64,000 nt of DNA. It comes from an uncultured Verrucomicrobiae bacterium (GTDB lineage: Bacteria > Chlamydiota > Chlamydiia > Chlamydiales > Rhabdochlamydiaceae). The notes below the pieces were generated by a model. The model made no database searches and had not been told where the DNA came from. It saw only the letters and a list, made by a program, of their open reading frames with translations. Below, piece by piece: positions 29,713-39,356 of this stretch (position 1 is the stretch's first letter; each line of letters opens with the position of its first letter). Location: NCBI GenBank assembly GCA_963718565.1, contig OY970364.1:1664001-1728000 (forward strand), in the 5' to 3' direction. The position numbers were made by a program, and so were the translations under genes.

Positions 29713-30900
29713 ATGCCACTTTATCGATATAATGCGATCAGCGCTGAAGGAAAAACAAGCAAAGGAGTCATCGACGCCGATTCGCTGACGGCCGCAAAAG
29801 ATCGCCTTCGAAAACAGCAAATTCTTGTCACAACGGTTGTTCCTCTTCCCAATAGACAAGATCAACTCTCATTTTCTCAAAATCTCTTACTTTCCTTCAC
29901 ACGAGAACTCGCTCAGCTTCTCAAGGCTGGGCTTCCCCTTTATGAGAGCCTGCTCACGATCGAAGAAAAATATCGACGGAACAAAGCTCACCCCTTGTTC
30001 CTCGATCTTTGCGACCATCTCAAAGAAGGGGCTTCACTTTCGAGCGCACTCAAACGCTATCCGGCGACGTTTAACAGGATCTACCTTTCGATGGTGCAAG
30101 TGGCAGAACAAAGTGGCAATTTGGCAGCAGTTTTTGATCAGCTCGCCCAATTGATTACCCGCCAGCAAAAGTTAAAAAAACAGCTTTCAGCAGCCCTGAC
30201 CTATCCTACATTTCTGGCTCTATTTTGTTGTTGTATCGTTTGTGGTTTATTGTTTTTCGTGATTCCCTCAATGAAAGAACTCTTTGAGGACCGGGAGCTT
30301 CATCCCATGACTGCAACTGTTCTTGCCATCAGCCGATATGCAAATGACAATGTCACTTTCCTTTGCGTCGCCCTTTTGACGCTTATCAGCGGATTCATCT
30401 TTGCCATCCGCAGCAATTGGGGAAAGCGGTTTATCTATGAACTTTCCTTAAAGCTCCCCTTTGTGAAAAGCTTGCTTCTGCATTCTGCCCTTGTCCGTTT
30501 TTGCCGCTCTTTCGCCATGTTGCTTGCCGGAGGAGTTCCTCTACTGGAATCGTTGAGCCTCTCACGCAATGTTGTGAAAAGCCCGCTGATTGAAGAAGCG
30601 ATCAGCGATGCGGAAAAACGTGTTGGGCAGGGCGAAAGGATCAGTGTGGCCTTTAAAGGGGCGTCAATCCTCCCCCCCCTTGTTCTGCGCATGCTAGCCC
30701 TTGCCGAAGAAACCGGAAAAATGGATGAAGCCTTTTTCAATCTCGCCGAAATTTATGACGAAGAAATGGAAAAGCATCTTTCCCAAATCTCAACATTTCT
30801 TCAGCCGGCTTTATTAATCACTTTAGGAGCGATCGTCGGCCTTGTTGTGCTCTCCATACTCCTTCCTCTCACCGATGTGAGTTCTTTCATATCCAATTAA
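29713..30900 (+). CDS. gspF: Type II secretion inner-membrane platform protein
   Basis: MPLYRY start, LLKAGLPL, EQSGNL, ALTYP, EETGKM. Confidence 0.95.
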   Translation: MPLYRYNAISAEGKTSKGVIDADSLTAAKDRLRKQQILVTTVVPLPNRQDQLSFSQNLLLSFTRELAQLLKAGLPLYESLLTIEEKYRRNKAHPLFLDLCDHLKEGASLSSALKRYPATFNRIYLSMVQVAEQSGNLAAVFDQLAQLITRQQKLKKQLSAALTYPTFLALFCCCIVCGLLFFVIPSMKELFEDRELHPMTATVLAISRYANDNVTFLCVALLTLISGFIFAIRSNWGKRFIYELSLKLPFVKSLLLHSALVRFCRSFAMLLAGGVPLLESLSLSRNVVKSPLIEEAISDAEKRVGQGERISVAFKGASILPPLVLRMLALAEETGKMDEAFFNLAEIYDEEMEKHLSQISTFLQPALLITLGAIVGLVVLSILLPLTDVSSFISN

Positions 30901-30902
30901 CA

Positions 30903-31147
30903 ACCTGAGTTTTGGGTTCCTTTCATAGTATCTTGCCGTATCTTTTAAGGCACTTTTTGCAAATTTTGGGGGTGTAAATAAAAGTGTTGAGGCTAGGCAT
31001 TGAAATAATGCCTAGCCTCAACACTTTTATTTACACCCAAATTTTGGCACGTCCATAGGTGCCTCCAGCTATTGAACGCGCCAAAATTTGCAAAAATTGC
31101 CTCGAAACCTACGACAATCTACTATAAAATGAACCCAAAACTCAGGT
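30903..31147. mobile_element. Family B element, long form (245 bp)
   Basis: TIR ACCTGAGTTTTGGGTTC; TAACA on both flanks; internal perfect 32-bp stem 30970-31038. Confidence 0.88.
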
Positions 31148-31163
31148 TAACAGGAGAACCTTA

Positions 31164-31586
31164 ATGAAAACCCGTAGAAAAAAGAGAACGTTGACCCTTC
31201 TTGAAATCATGATCGTCATCGTGCTGATCGGCTTGATCGGCAGCGTGCTTGGTTATAACATGAAGGGCAGTCTTGACGAAGGGCGCGCCTTCAAAACAAG
31301 ACAAGCCCGAGAACAAATTCACGATATTCTCATGCTCGAAGTGGCTCGGGGAGCATCCATTGAAGATGTCGTCAAGGACCGGCAGATTTACCTTAAAAAT
31401 TCAGGGTTGGTGAAGAATCCCAATGCCTTGTTAAAGGATGGCTGGGGACAGGAATTTGAAGTCAAAGTTGACGGAAGATCCAATGGTGAAATTATCGTTC
31501 ATTCCGCAAGACTCAAAAGCCATGAAGATAAGAAAAATGTAAAATTAGGGAAGACAGTTGTTGAAACTCAAGAAGAAGAAGATTAA
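31164..31586 (+). CDS. gspG: Major pseudopilin-like protein
   Basis: Prepilin-like LTLLEIMIV; KDGWGQEF. Confidence 0.8.
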   Translation: MKTRRKKRTLTLLEIMIVIVLIGLIGSVLGYNMKGSLDEGRAFKTRQAREQIHDILMLEVARGASIEDVVKDRQIYLKNSGLVKNPNALLKDGWGQEFEVKVDGRSNGEIIVHSARLKSHEDKKNVKLGKTVVETQEEED

Positions 31587-32091
31587 ATCTTCTCGTACAT
31601 TTACGCTTATGGAGATGATGATCGCACTAGTCATTTTAAGTGTGGTCGGCGTCTTATCTACAGTCCAGATTAAAAAACTCACCGATGCCCATCGATTCGA
31701 AAAAGAAATTTCTCATCTATTTATTGCTTTGCAAGAAGCGCAGGTCCTAGCTGCAACTTACCAAACGGACATTTCTTTAGATTTCTATCGAGATAAAGGA
31801 AATCTCCGTTATCGATTTTCAACCTACGAGCCATTTACAGCGCAGCAATTCCATCGGGAACCTCGCTCTTTAAAGCGCGCTTCTGTCATGCAATTCCAAG
31901 GAAAAAAGGTCAACGAGCTCCACCTGGACATTTTCTCTGGACGCGTTGAGCCTCGGGGGATCCTCGCATTCTTTCAAACACCTGCAAAGGATAGCAAAGC
32001 TCTGTGGCTTGATCTGCAATACGGACAATTGCTTAAATTTTCCTATCGCAAGCCCATTCTCGCTAAACAAAAACCCCCAGCCCCACCATGA
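31558..32091 (+). CDS. Minor pseudopilin-like protein
   Basis: FTLMEMMIALVIL N-methylation motif. Confidence 0.78.
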   Translation: MLKLKKKKIKSSRTFTLMEMMIALVILSVVGVLSTVQIKKLTDAHRFEKEISHLFIALQEAQVLAATYQTDISLDFYRDKGNLRYRFSTYEPFTAQQFHREPRSLKRASVMQFQGKKVNELHLDIFSGRVEPRGILAFFQTPAKDSKALWLDLQYGQLLKFSYRKPILAKQKPPAPP

Positions 32092-32112
32092 GCATGCATG
32101 CCCGTGAAAACG

Positions 32113-32197
32113 TATACGGCGCGCGGTTAGGTTTGGTGAATTTTGACAGGCTGCGACTTTGCCAAATAGTCAAAAATCTACTATCAAATAAACCTAA
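32113..32197. repeat. Family E imperfect palindromic element
   Basis: TATACGGCGCGCGGTTAGGTTT...AAACCTAA; related sequence at 61121-61149 and 62393-62412. Confidence 0.55.
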
Positions 32198-32237
32198 AGT
32201 TTAGGTTAATATGCGATTAGAGAATGGAGGTAGCAAA

Positions 32238-32705
32238 ATGATGACGCTAACCAGCCCGGCCTTCACTGAAGGAGGCAAGATCCCATCCAAGCACACTTGT
32301 GAAGGAGACAATGTCAACCCTGAACTCTTAATCAGCGACGTTCCCAACAATGCCAGATCGCTTGTTTTGATCATAGATGATCCCGATGTCCCTGAATTTA
32401 TACGTAAAGAAAAAATGTATGACCATTGGGTGGTTTTTAATATTCCCCCTTCAACAACCAAGATCCCCGAAAATTCTCAGCCTCAGGGCACCCCTGGCAA
32501 AAATACTGGAGGCGGTCTCAATTATTTCGGTCCTTGCCCTCCCGATCGCGAGCATCGCTATTTCTTCAAATTATACGCTTTGGACTCGGACTTGCTCTCT
32601 CTTCCCAAAGGGGCCTCTAAAAAAGATGTCGAACAGGCGATGCAAGGACATATTATTGCCAAGGCTCAATTAATGGGCCGCTATGAAAAACAGAAAAAAA
32701 GCTAA
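32238..32705 (+). CDS. YbhB/YbcL family PEBP protein
   Basis: DDPDVP, HWVVFNIP, YFGPCPP, HRYFFKLYALD. Confidence 0.95.
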   Translation: MMTLTSPAFTEGGKIPSKHTCEGDNVNPELLISDVPNNARSLVLIIDDPDVPEFIRKEKMYDHWVVFNIPPSTTKIPENSQPQGTPGKNTGGGLNYFGPCPPDREHRYFFKLYALDSDLLSLPKGASKKDVEQAMQGHIIAKAQLMGRYEKQKKS

Positions 32706-32729
32706 CTATAGAGGGAATTCAGATACTGA

Positions 32730-32858
32730 GTACGTCCTTAAAAACTCATGGCAAAAGTTGAAGACCATTTTGATCCATGCCTAATCAAGATCGATAAGTG
32801 GTAAGTTTGGCATGGATCAAAATGGTCTTCAACTTTTGCCAGAGTCTTCAAGGAAGTT
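32730..32858. repeat. Family D palindromic element, uninterrupted
   Basis: Stem GGCAAAAGTTGAAGACCATTTTGATCCATGCC; loop is the near reverse complement of the loop in the 21990 copy. Confidence 0.88.
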
Positions 32859-32875
32859 AATGTACGTGCTACCAG

Positions 32876-33180
32876 TCAAGGTGTGGCCGGAGAGGCTGTT
32901 TGATAACGCTCATGAACAAATTGTGCTAAATCGATCGGATCCCCTCGAAACCACCGACTCAAATACTCCCAAAAGCTCACGCCAAGTCTGGCGCATGTCT
33001 GCTTGAGCGTCAATAGGCCGTCTCGAAATTGTCTGCCCTCTACGCTTTTGGTAGTGCCAGAGATATTTCTTCGTTTAGCCACACCTCGGATATCTTGCTC
33101 ACTGTCATTATTGTGCAGGGGAAGGCCGGGATGATCAAGCGCTTTTAGCATTTCTTCGCGGTATTTGGAAAATGAAACAA
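32876..33180 (-). pseudogene. IS66-family transposase C-terminal remnant
   Basis: PLHNNDSEQDIR..KRRNISG..TLKQTCARLGVSFWEYL. Confidence 0.8.
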
Positions 33181-33762
33181 TGTTACACTACCCTTTTTTC
33201 GGTACTTTTTCCCCATATGTTCTTCAAGCCGGTTGAGCCAATCATCTCTCTGAAGCCAAGGAACAGCGTGCAGTTCTGAATGGATCTTAGAAAGGCAAAT
33301 GCGGTATCTACATCTAAAACAATCTCATCTTCAACACCAGTATATTTTCTTGGGAGGGTATCTAGAGTCAATTTGGAATATTTAGGTGCTTTAAGAAGTG
33401 CGATCATAGCTGCTCGACCGACTTCATAACTTGGAAAAATGGCAAAGGTGTATTTTTGTTCCTTCCCCTGTTCATTATGATTGACTTGCGATTATTCTAG
33501 TTCCAGCTATTTCGTGTAAATCATTTTTGAGAGCTGAACAGGTGACTGATATCGAGAAGATCACCTCAGCGATGTAAGCTTTCCCTCAATAGAAATTGCA
33601 TTTTGTTGGCAAAGAATTCAGAAAAATCTCTGAAGGTTCAGATCATTTGCGTAAAAAAAATGCGGAATTTTCCTTTTGTGCGCCGTGACTTTCTTAAAAC
33701 ATTCTTGCATTAAATTTTAAATTTGTGTGTAGTGATTTTTTTCTTAACATAAGGAGTATGCT

Positions 33763-34974
33763 ATGATTGGGAACGTTGCGAAATTTTGTGCGGTCTTTTT
33801 TTGCATTTTCGGGTTGGAAATCGCATCGGCTACTGAGATCTATTCTTTCTTTTTACAACGTCAAGATGGAACGATTTTGGAGGGCTATTTTTCTCCTCCT
33901 AGCACAAGTAGTTCTCCCATCATTTTCGCAAATCAAGGATCATCTTGCCAAAGTATATTGCAGTGGCACAAAGATCTATGCGATCAAGCCAATTCCCTGG
34001 GTTTAGGGATAATCAGTATAGAAAAACAAGGGATTTCCAAAGAGAGTATTGACTTTTTAGAATATTATCAGACCAATTGTCTTCAAAAACGCATGGAAGA
34101 TTCGATGTTTTGCATTGAAAACATGCATCTTATCTGTCCTGAATGGGAAGGAAAAATGATTTTTTGGGGCGAATCTGAAGGTGGCATGATAGCAGCCAAT
34201 TTAGCTGCTCACACACCTCAAACAGCAGCCGTTCTATTATTTGCTACAGGTGGTGGTCTAAAACCGCGAGAAGAAGTAAAATGTTCGCTTCGTCTCCGTT
34301 TAGAAAAACATGGCGCGGTGCAAGATGAGATTGATCAATATATGATTTCCTTGGAAGAACAAATGGATGCAATGATACTCGACCCAACGCCAAATAAGCA
34401 ATTTTTGGGTAATACCTATAAATGGTGGACCTCTCTTCTCGCCGCAGATGAAGCATCACTGCCTCTCCATCAACATTCTCTTCCGATTTACCTTGCCCAT
34501 GGCGTTGAAGATAGTCAAATCCCTATTCTCAGTGCAGATCTTGCTGCTAAAAACTTAAAGGAAACAAATAGTCTCACTTATCATCGTTTGGAAGGCTATG
34601 GTCATAATTTGGATACTGTGGACATCCATACTGTGGCTTACCAGTGGTTACATTCGATTCTTTGCGGAAATGAACAATTGAATAATGACCAAATTGGTCT
34701 GACAGTTTCATCTGCAGCGCCTTCTTCAGAGGATTGGGAAACAGATATCGCGCATTACACTTTCAGTCTCGGTAGAGGAGAGACTCATGGAGGAGCAAAA
34801 GGAAGTAGAGACTCAGAAGGCAATGAGAACGCTTCAGTCGATGTTGGGGCTTCATATCAATTTGATAACGGCGTTAGATTGGACATAGATGCCGGGGCTT
34901 CTGCGAACAAAGACAGTCAAGGGAATACCAAAGGAGAAGTGTATGTTGAAGGAAGGGTTTCGAAAGATTTCTAA
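33763..34974 (+). CDS. Secreted alpha/beta hydrolase
   Basis: Signal peptide; GESEGG nucleophile elbow, HGVEDSQI, GYGHNL. Confidence 0.85.
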   Translation: MIGNVAKFCAVFFCIFGLEIASATEIYSFFLQRQDGTILEGYFSPPSTSSSPIIFANQGSSCQSILQWHKDLCDQANSLGLGIISIEKQGISKESIDFLEYYQTNCLQKRMEDSMFCIENMHLICPEWEGKMIFWGESEGGMIAANLAAHTPQTAAVLLFATGGGLKPREEVKCSLRLRLEKHGAVQDEIDQYMISLEEQMDAMILDPTPNKQFLGNTYKWWTSLLAADEASLPLHQHSLPIYLAHGVEDSQIPILSADLAAKNLKETNSLTYHRLEGYGHNLDTVDIHTVAYQWLHSILCGNEQLNNDQIGLTVSSAAPSSEDWETDIAHYTFSLGRGETHGGAKGSRDSEGNENASVDVGASYQFDNGVRLDIDAGASANKDSQGNTKGEVYVEGRVSKDF

Positions 34975-36628
34975 TCTTTTAAAATATTTGGTGTTTCTTG
35001 TAATCGGTGTAACATGCACTGCTGTCTTAATCCATTTCTGTTTTAGCGGCTATTTTAGTTCCCATGAGATTAGCTATGACGAATATAATTTCCCTCTCAT
35101 TGATGCCGAATTGCAAGGGAAAAACTATTCATTAATTGTGGATCTAGGTTTCCGCTTTCCTTTATTTCTATGTAAAGACACATTGGACGGGATCGATAAA
35201 CAACCGCGAGGGGTAGGCCAATGGCATACCCTCGCAGGTCAAACACGCGAGGCACCTTCTTATCTTATTCCTGAAATGAGGTTAGGGAACCTAACCATGA
35301 AAAACATCATAGCTAATCAAATGATGGAAAATACGCGGCCTGGTCACTTGGGGGGGTTTTTCGGAGGAGAATTCAATCTTCTTTTAGATTTTCCTCATGA
35401 CAGAATCATCGCTTCGGATACTTTTTCCAAACTTCGGGGGAAAAAAATTGCTAACGATGATTGGATAAGCATTCCATTTGAGATGCATCGAGGTGGAATC
35501 GTATTTTCTGTCGATACTGACTTTGGGCCTTTAAGACTTGTTCTTAAAACCGCATGCACATTGAACCATCTCCGTTCGTCATTTTTTCTTTCTAATGCCC
35601 CTTTTCCTTCTGTCTCATCTTCCTTCTCCTTAGAAGGTAGGCATTTTGGCAATGTCAAATTTCATCCTATCGAATTACCAGAGATTCTGAATGAAATTGA
35701 TGGATTTATTGGTATGGATTTTCTCAAAAAACACGCTATTTATCTCGATTATGGGCGTAAAATCGCTTATGTTGAGCCACCTGAAAGTTATTTTGAGCAT
35801 ATTCCCGTCACTTTTGCTAGTCGTGGTAGCCCAACCATCAGTGTATCTATTGAAGATAATGCTTATCCTTTAGAACTAGATCTTGGCAGCTCTTTTCCAT
35901 TTTCTCTATGCGAAAAGACTTTACAAAATCTTCGCAAGATTTCTTATGGCACCGCAGAATGGAGTGATTTTAGAGGACAAAGATATAAATCACCTGCCTA
36001 TACAATTCCAAAGATCAGGATTGGCAATCTAACATTCGACAATATGATCATTCGACAAAATAGGGAGGATTTTCATGTCAATGCGACATTGATGAATACC
36101 CCACTACAGCCTATTGGTACTATTGGATTGCCCATTCTGGAAAAATACAATCTGTTCCTAGACTTTCAGCATTTTGCCATCTATGCCAGCAGTGACTACT
36201 TGGCCCTGCGGCAAGCCGGCCTTGTTTCTCATAATTTTCTAACTATCCCTTTCACCCTTCATCAAGATGGTATCTTGATCTCTGTTGAAACAGATATGGG
36301 CATTTATCGCCTCATCCTTGACACAGGCGCTACTCACACGGTGATACGGCATCCTCATCCAAACTTTACAAAGCAGTTCTGCCTAATGGGATGTGATTTT
36401 GGGTCACGCTCTATCATCCCTGTTGATTTGAGTTCTCAATTTGATTTTGATGGCTGCCTTGGTCTAGATTTTCTTCGCGAGTATCCTATTTTTATCGACT
36501 ATGCCAATCGAAGCATCCTTCTCGATTTACAATATGAAAAAGACAAGGAGTCTTCTAAATCGATTTCTAAAGTAGATGAGATTACACAAGTTAAGGACAG
36601 GGGAAATCTATTTGTTGTTTCGGCCTAG
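34943..36628 (+). CDS. Membrane-anchored protein with four retropepsin-like aspartyl protease domains
   Basis: IVDLG, VLKTA, ELDLGS, ILDTGA each followed by a G-h-h-G motif; start uncertain. Confidence 0.75.
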   Translation: MLKEGFRKISNLLKYLVFLVIGVTCTAVLIHFCFSGYFSSHEISYDEYNFPLIDAELQGKNYSLIVDLGFRFPLFLCKDTLDGIDKQPRGVGQWHTLAGQTREAPSYLIPEMRLGNLTMKNIIANQMMENTRPGHLGGFFGGEFNLLLDFPHDRIIASDTFSKLRGKKIANDDWISIPFEMHRGGIVFSVDTDFGPLRLVLKTACTLNHLRSSFFLSNAPFPSVSSSFSLEGRHFGNVKFHPIELPEILNEIDGFIGMDFLKKHAIYLDYGRKIAYVEPPESYFEHIPVTFASRGSPTISVSIEDNAYPLELDLGSSFPFSLCEKTLQNLRKISYGTAEWSDFRGQRYKSPAYTIPKIRIGNLTFDNMIIRQNREDFHVNATLMNTPLQPIGTIGLPILEKYNLFLDFQHFAIYASSDYLALRQAGLVSHNFLTIPFTLHQDGILISVETDMGIYRLILDTGATHTVIRHPHPNFTKQFCLMGCDFGSRSIIPVDLSSQFDFDGCLGLDFLREYPIFIDYANRSILLDLQYEKDKESSKSISKVDEITQVKDRGNLFVVSA

Positions 36629-36779
36629 CTATAAAAAATCCTATAATAGGAGTATTTGGAAACTTGTGCCTCAGGAATTCTTTAGCTGCCTTGAAATGAG
36701 TTCCTTTAATAAGCGTATCATCGAAAAGCCAAATTTCTTTAGGCGTTGGGTTAGTTGCTTGTTCATTTAGGGTAAATTT
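36591..36779 (-). pseudogene. Phosphoribosyltransferase-like C-terminal remnant
   Basis: Hand translation IWLFDDTLIKGTHFKAAKEFLRHKFPNTPIIGFFIAR; PRPP-loop-like; in-frame stops upstream. Confidence 0.6.
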
Positions 36780-36845
36780 CTACTAAGCTACAAACATCTT
36801 TGACTGAATCCGAGTTGCTTCAGATTGCACGTACAGTCATTGTGT

Positions 36846-36994
36846 TGATCTGCCGCTTTTGTTATAGTTATATTTAGCAGATGAAACATAAGGTTTGTCT
36901 TAACCTGCCAGTTATAGATGAACTGTAACCGGCAGATGAGGCGAAAACGTTGTCCTGATCTGCCAGTTATAGACAGCGCAAGAGTGGCAGGTTA
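36846..36994. repeat. Three-unit 55-bp-period palindromic array
   Basis: TRAYCTGCC-N21-RGCAGRTKA starting at 36846, 36901, 36956. Confidence 0.8.
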
Positions 36995-37048
36995 ACGCAG
37001 TCATTTATAATACATTTATCCTGAACATGTTATGCCTTATTGGACTTC

Positions 37049-38548
37049 ATGAAAAAAGATTCCTCTACTGAAACCAATCCCCTAGGCAAGGTGATTGGCC
37101 GTGAAAATGAGAAGGAAATACTAAAAGAAATCATCGCATCCAATAGAGCGGAATTTGTCGCCGTCTATGGACGCCGGAGAGTAGGAAAAACCTATCTCAT
37201 CAGAAATTTTATAGCATCAACTCCATGTGCGTTTTTCCACGTTACAGGCATTCAGAAGGCCGCATTGGAAGAGCAGCTGGAAGAGTTTGCAAAACAAATA
37301 GGGGCTACCTTTTATCAAGATGCGTCGATTACCCCTAGGAAACGCTGGAGGGACGCTTTCGAAGATCTCACTCAAGCAATTTCCAAAATTCCACGGAATA
37401 AAAAAATTGTGCTCTTTTTTGATGAGCTGCCTTGGATGGCAACTCCCCGCTCAAAACTGCTTGCAGCCTTAGAGTTATATTGGAATCGCTATTGGGTGTT
37501 CGATCCCAGGATCAAGCTCGTTGTCTGCGGCTCAGCCACCTCATGGATTATTGAAAAAATCATCAATGACAAAGGCGGCCTTCACAATAGAGTAACTCGA
37601 ACGATTAATCTGAGGCCTTTTTCTCTTAATGAGACAAGACAATTTTTGAAAGCGCACCATATTGATCTTGAACATCGGCAAATTCTGGATCTCTATACTG
37701 TGTTCGGAGGCGTACCTCTTTATTGGTCTTATGTCCGTAAAGGTCGCTCTGCTCATCAGTGTATAGATGAGATGTGCTTCCAGAAGGATGGAGCTCTGGT
37801 TAAAGAATTTGGGCGGCTTTTTGCTTCCCTTTTTGAGGATCCCAAACCTTATATGGACCTCATTAGAATCGTCGCACAGCATCGATATGGGATTGGTCAA
37901 GCCGATCTAATCGCCAAGTCTAAACTCCCTCCCGGAGGAACCACAGCCCATCGATTGGAGCAATTAGAGGAAGCAGGATTCATCACTGCTCTCGTTCCCT
38001 TTGGCCATAAAGATAAAGGGGTCTACTACGTCATCGACGATGAGTATAGCCTTTTCTATTTGAATTGGATAGAGTCTAATTTGAATTCAATAGCTAAAAA
38101 GGCAAAAAACAAAGGATTTTGGCTGTCCCTATCTCAGAGGCCATCTTGGAAGAGCTGGTCAGGTCTCTCATTTGAATCAATATGCTATAAACATATCGAC
38201 CAGATTCGTCATGCCCTAAAACTAGAACCGGGGTCAATTGCATCGACTTGGCGTTATAAACCCCGATCTAAGACGGATCAAGAAGGAGCTCAGATTGATT
38301 TGCTTTTTGATCGTCCCGATGGCTCGATTACCATTTGCGAGATCAAGTGCTCCGATGGCCCTTTTGCTATCGACAAATCCTATTCACATGCCTTGTTAAA
38401 GAAGATGAATGTTTTTCGAAAGCAGACTAGAACAAGAAAACAGCTATTTCTAGCAATGGTGACCACCTTTGGCCTCCAGCCAACGATGTACTCGGAGGAA
38501 CTTGTAACAAATACTGTTGTACTCGAAGATCTATTCAAAGAGATGTGA
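37049..38548 (+). CDS. Archaeal-type (ATPase_2) AAA ATPase with wHTH and PD-(D/E)XK-like C-terminus
   Basis: YGRRRVGKT, FFDELPW, CGSA, GGVP, AQIDLLFD..ICEIK. Confidence 0.88.
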   Translation: MKKDSSTETNPLGKVIGRENEKEILKEIIASNRAEFVAVYGRRRVGKTYLIRNFIASTPCAFFHVTGIQKAALEEQLEEFAKQIGATFYQDASITPRKRWRDAFEDLTQAISKIPRNKKIVLFFDELPWMATPRSKLLAALELYWNRYWVFDPRIKLVVCGSATSWIIEKIINDKGGLHNRVTRTINLRPFSLNETRQFLKAHHIDLEHRQILDLYTVFGGVPLYWSYVRKGRSAHQCIDEMCFQKDGALVKEFGRLFASLFEDPKPYMDLIRIVAQHRYGIGQADLIAKSKLPPGGTTAHRLEQLEEAGFITALVPFGHKDKGVYYVIDDEYSLFYLNWIESNLNSIAKKAKNKGFWLSLSQRPSWKSWSGLSFESICYKHIDQIRHALKLEPGSIASTWRYKPRSKTDQEGAQIDLLFDRPDGSITICEIKCSDGPFAIDKSYSHALLKKMNVFRKQTRTRKQLFLAMVTTFGLQPTMYSEELVTNTVVLEDLFKEM

Positions 38549-38557
38549 AGCCAGTAA

Positions 38558-38587
38558 TTGACAAATAATTTGTTTAATCATTAAGGT
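38558..38587 (+). promoter_or_regulatory. Possible sigma70-type promoter
   Basis: TTGACA-N18-TAAGGT upstream of GGAGG/ATG 38624. Confidence 0.35.
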
Positions 38588-38623
38588 GAGAATCAGTGTT
38601 TTATCTAACTTTTTGGAGGCAAA

Positions 38624-39013
38624 ATGCAAATGCAAAACGCAATGTGGTTGGCCAGCATTTTCGGCCCCTTATTGATGATCGTAGGGATCTGGATGCTATT
38701 TTACCATGAGAACATGTTAAAAGTGTGTACATCCTGCAAGAACACCCCTTCTGTCCAATACATGTGGGGCTTGATTAACATGTTGATTGGTCTTGCCATA
38801 TTGAGCCAATATAACATGTGGACTTGGAGCCTTCCTTTGCTAGTTACGCTATTAGGGTGGCTGACACTAATACGCGGTGTCATGGCGCTCTTTGTACCGC
38901 AATTATTGCTGAAGCTGATGATGAATGATCCAGGTTGGCTCAAGATCAAAGGAATTATTCCTTTGATTTGGGGCTTTGGCCTTTGCTGGTTGGCTTTCTG
39001 GATGCAACAGTAA
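38624..39013 (+). CDS. Small 4-TM membrane protein
   Basis: GGAGG RBS; four hydrophobic segments. Confidence 0.8.
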   Translation: MQMQNAMWLASIFGPLLMIVGIWMLFYHENMLKVCTSCKNTPSVQYMWGLINMLIGLAILSQYNMWTWSLPLLVTLLGWLTLIRGVMALFVPQLLLKLMMNDPGWLKIKGIIPLIWGFGLCWLAFWMQQ

Positions 39014-39026
39014 GTAATATGTGAAG

Positions 39027-39125
39027 GGGCCTAAGGTTAGAGCTTTAGGCCTAATCTGAGTTTTTACCCAAAAGTGAGCATTTCTCGATGAAGAATTTTC
39101 CTAGAGGAAAATTTTCATCGAGAAA
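39027..39125. terminator. Two stem-loops downstream of the membrane-protein gene (terminator or repeat remnant)
   Basis: GGCCTAAG/TTTAGGCC and TTTCTCGATGAA..TTTTCC/GGAAAATTTTCATCGAGAAA. Confidence 0.4.
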
Positions 39126-39356
39126 GTAAATTACCCCATTTGCTCTCTTGAAATACGCGCGTCTCAAATAAGTTTTCTCCAAAATTCACCCCGTAAAAAC
39201 AAAAAAGTTCAAAAGAATCTCCAATCTGTAAAGGGGGGGGGTCTTTCAGTCCCCTGACTGGTGCTACAGCGGGAAATCCTCGCTTTTTGCTTCTCTTGTC
39301 GGATATGAGGGCTTTGAAGTATGCTGGTTAAAAACTATTCTCTTCAAAGGACAGTT

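Noticed and set aside
36846..36994. CRISPR array
   Set aside because: Only three units, short conserved boxes, related spacers, no cas genes; kept as an unexplained array
39225..39290. tRNA or SRP-like RNA around the G-run
   Set aside because: No cloverleaf, T-loop or SRP motif; only a short CAGTC/GACTG hairpin
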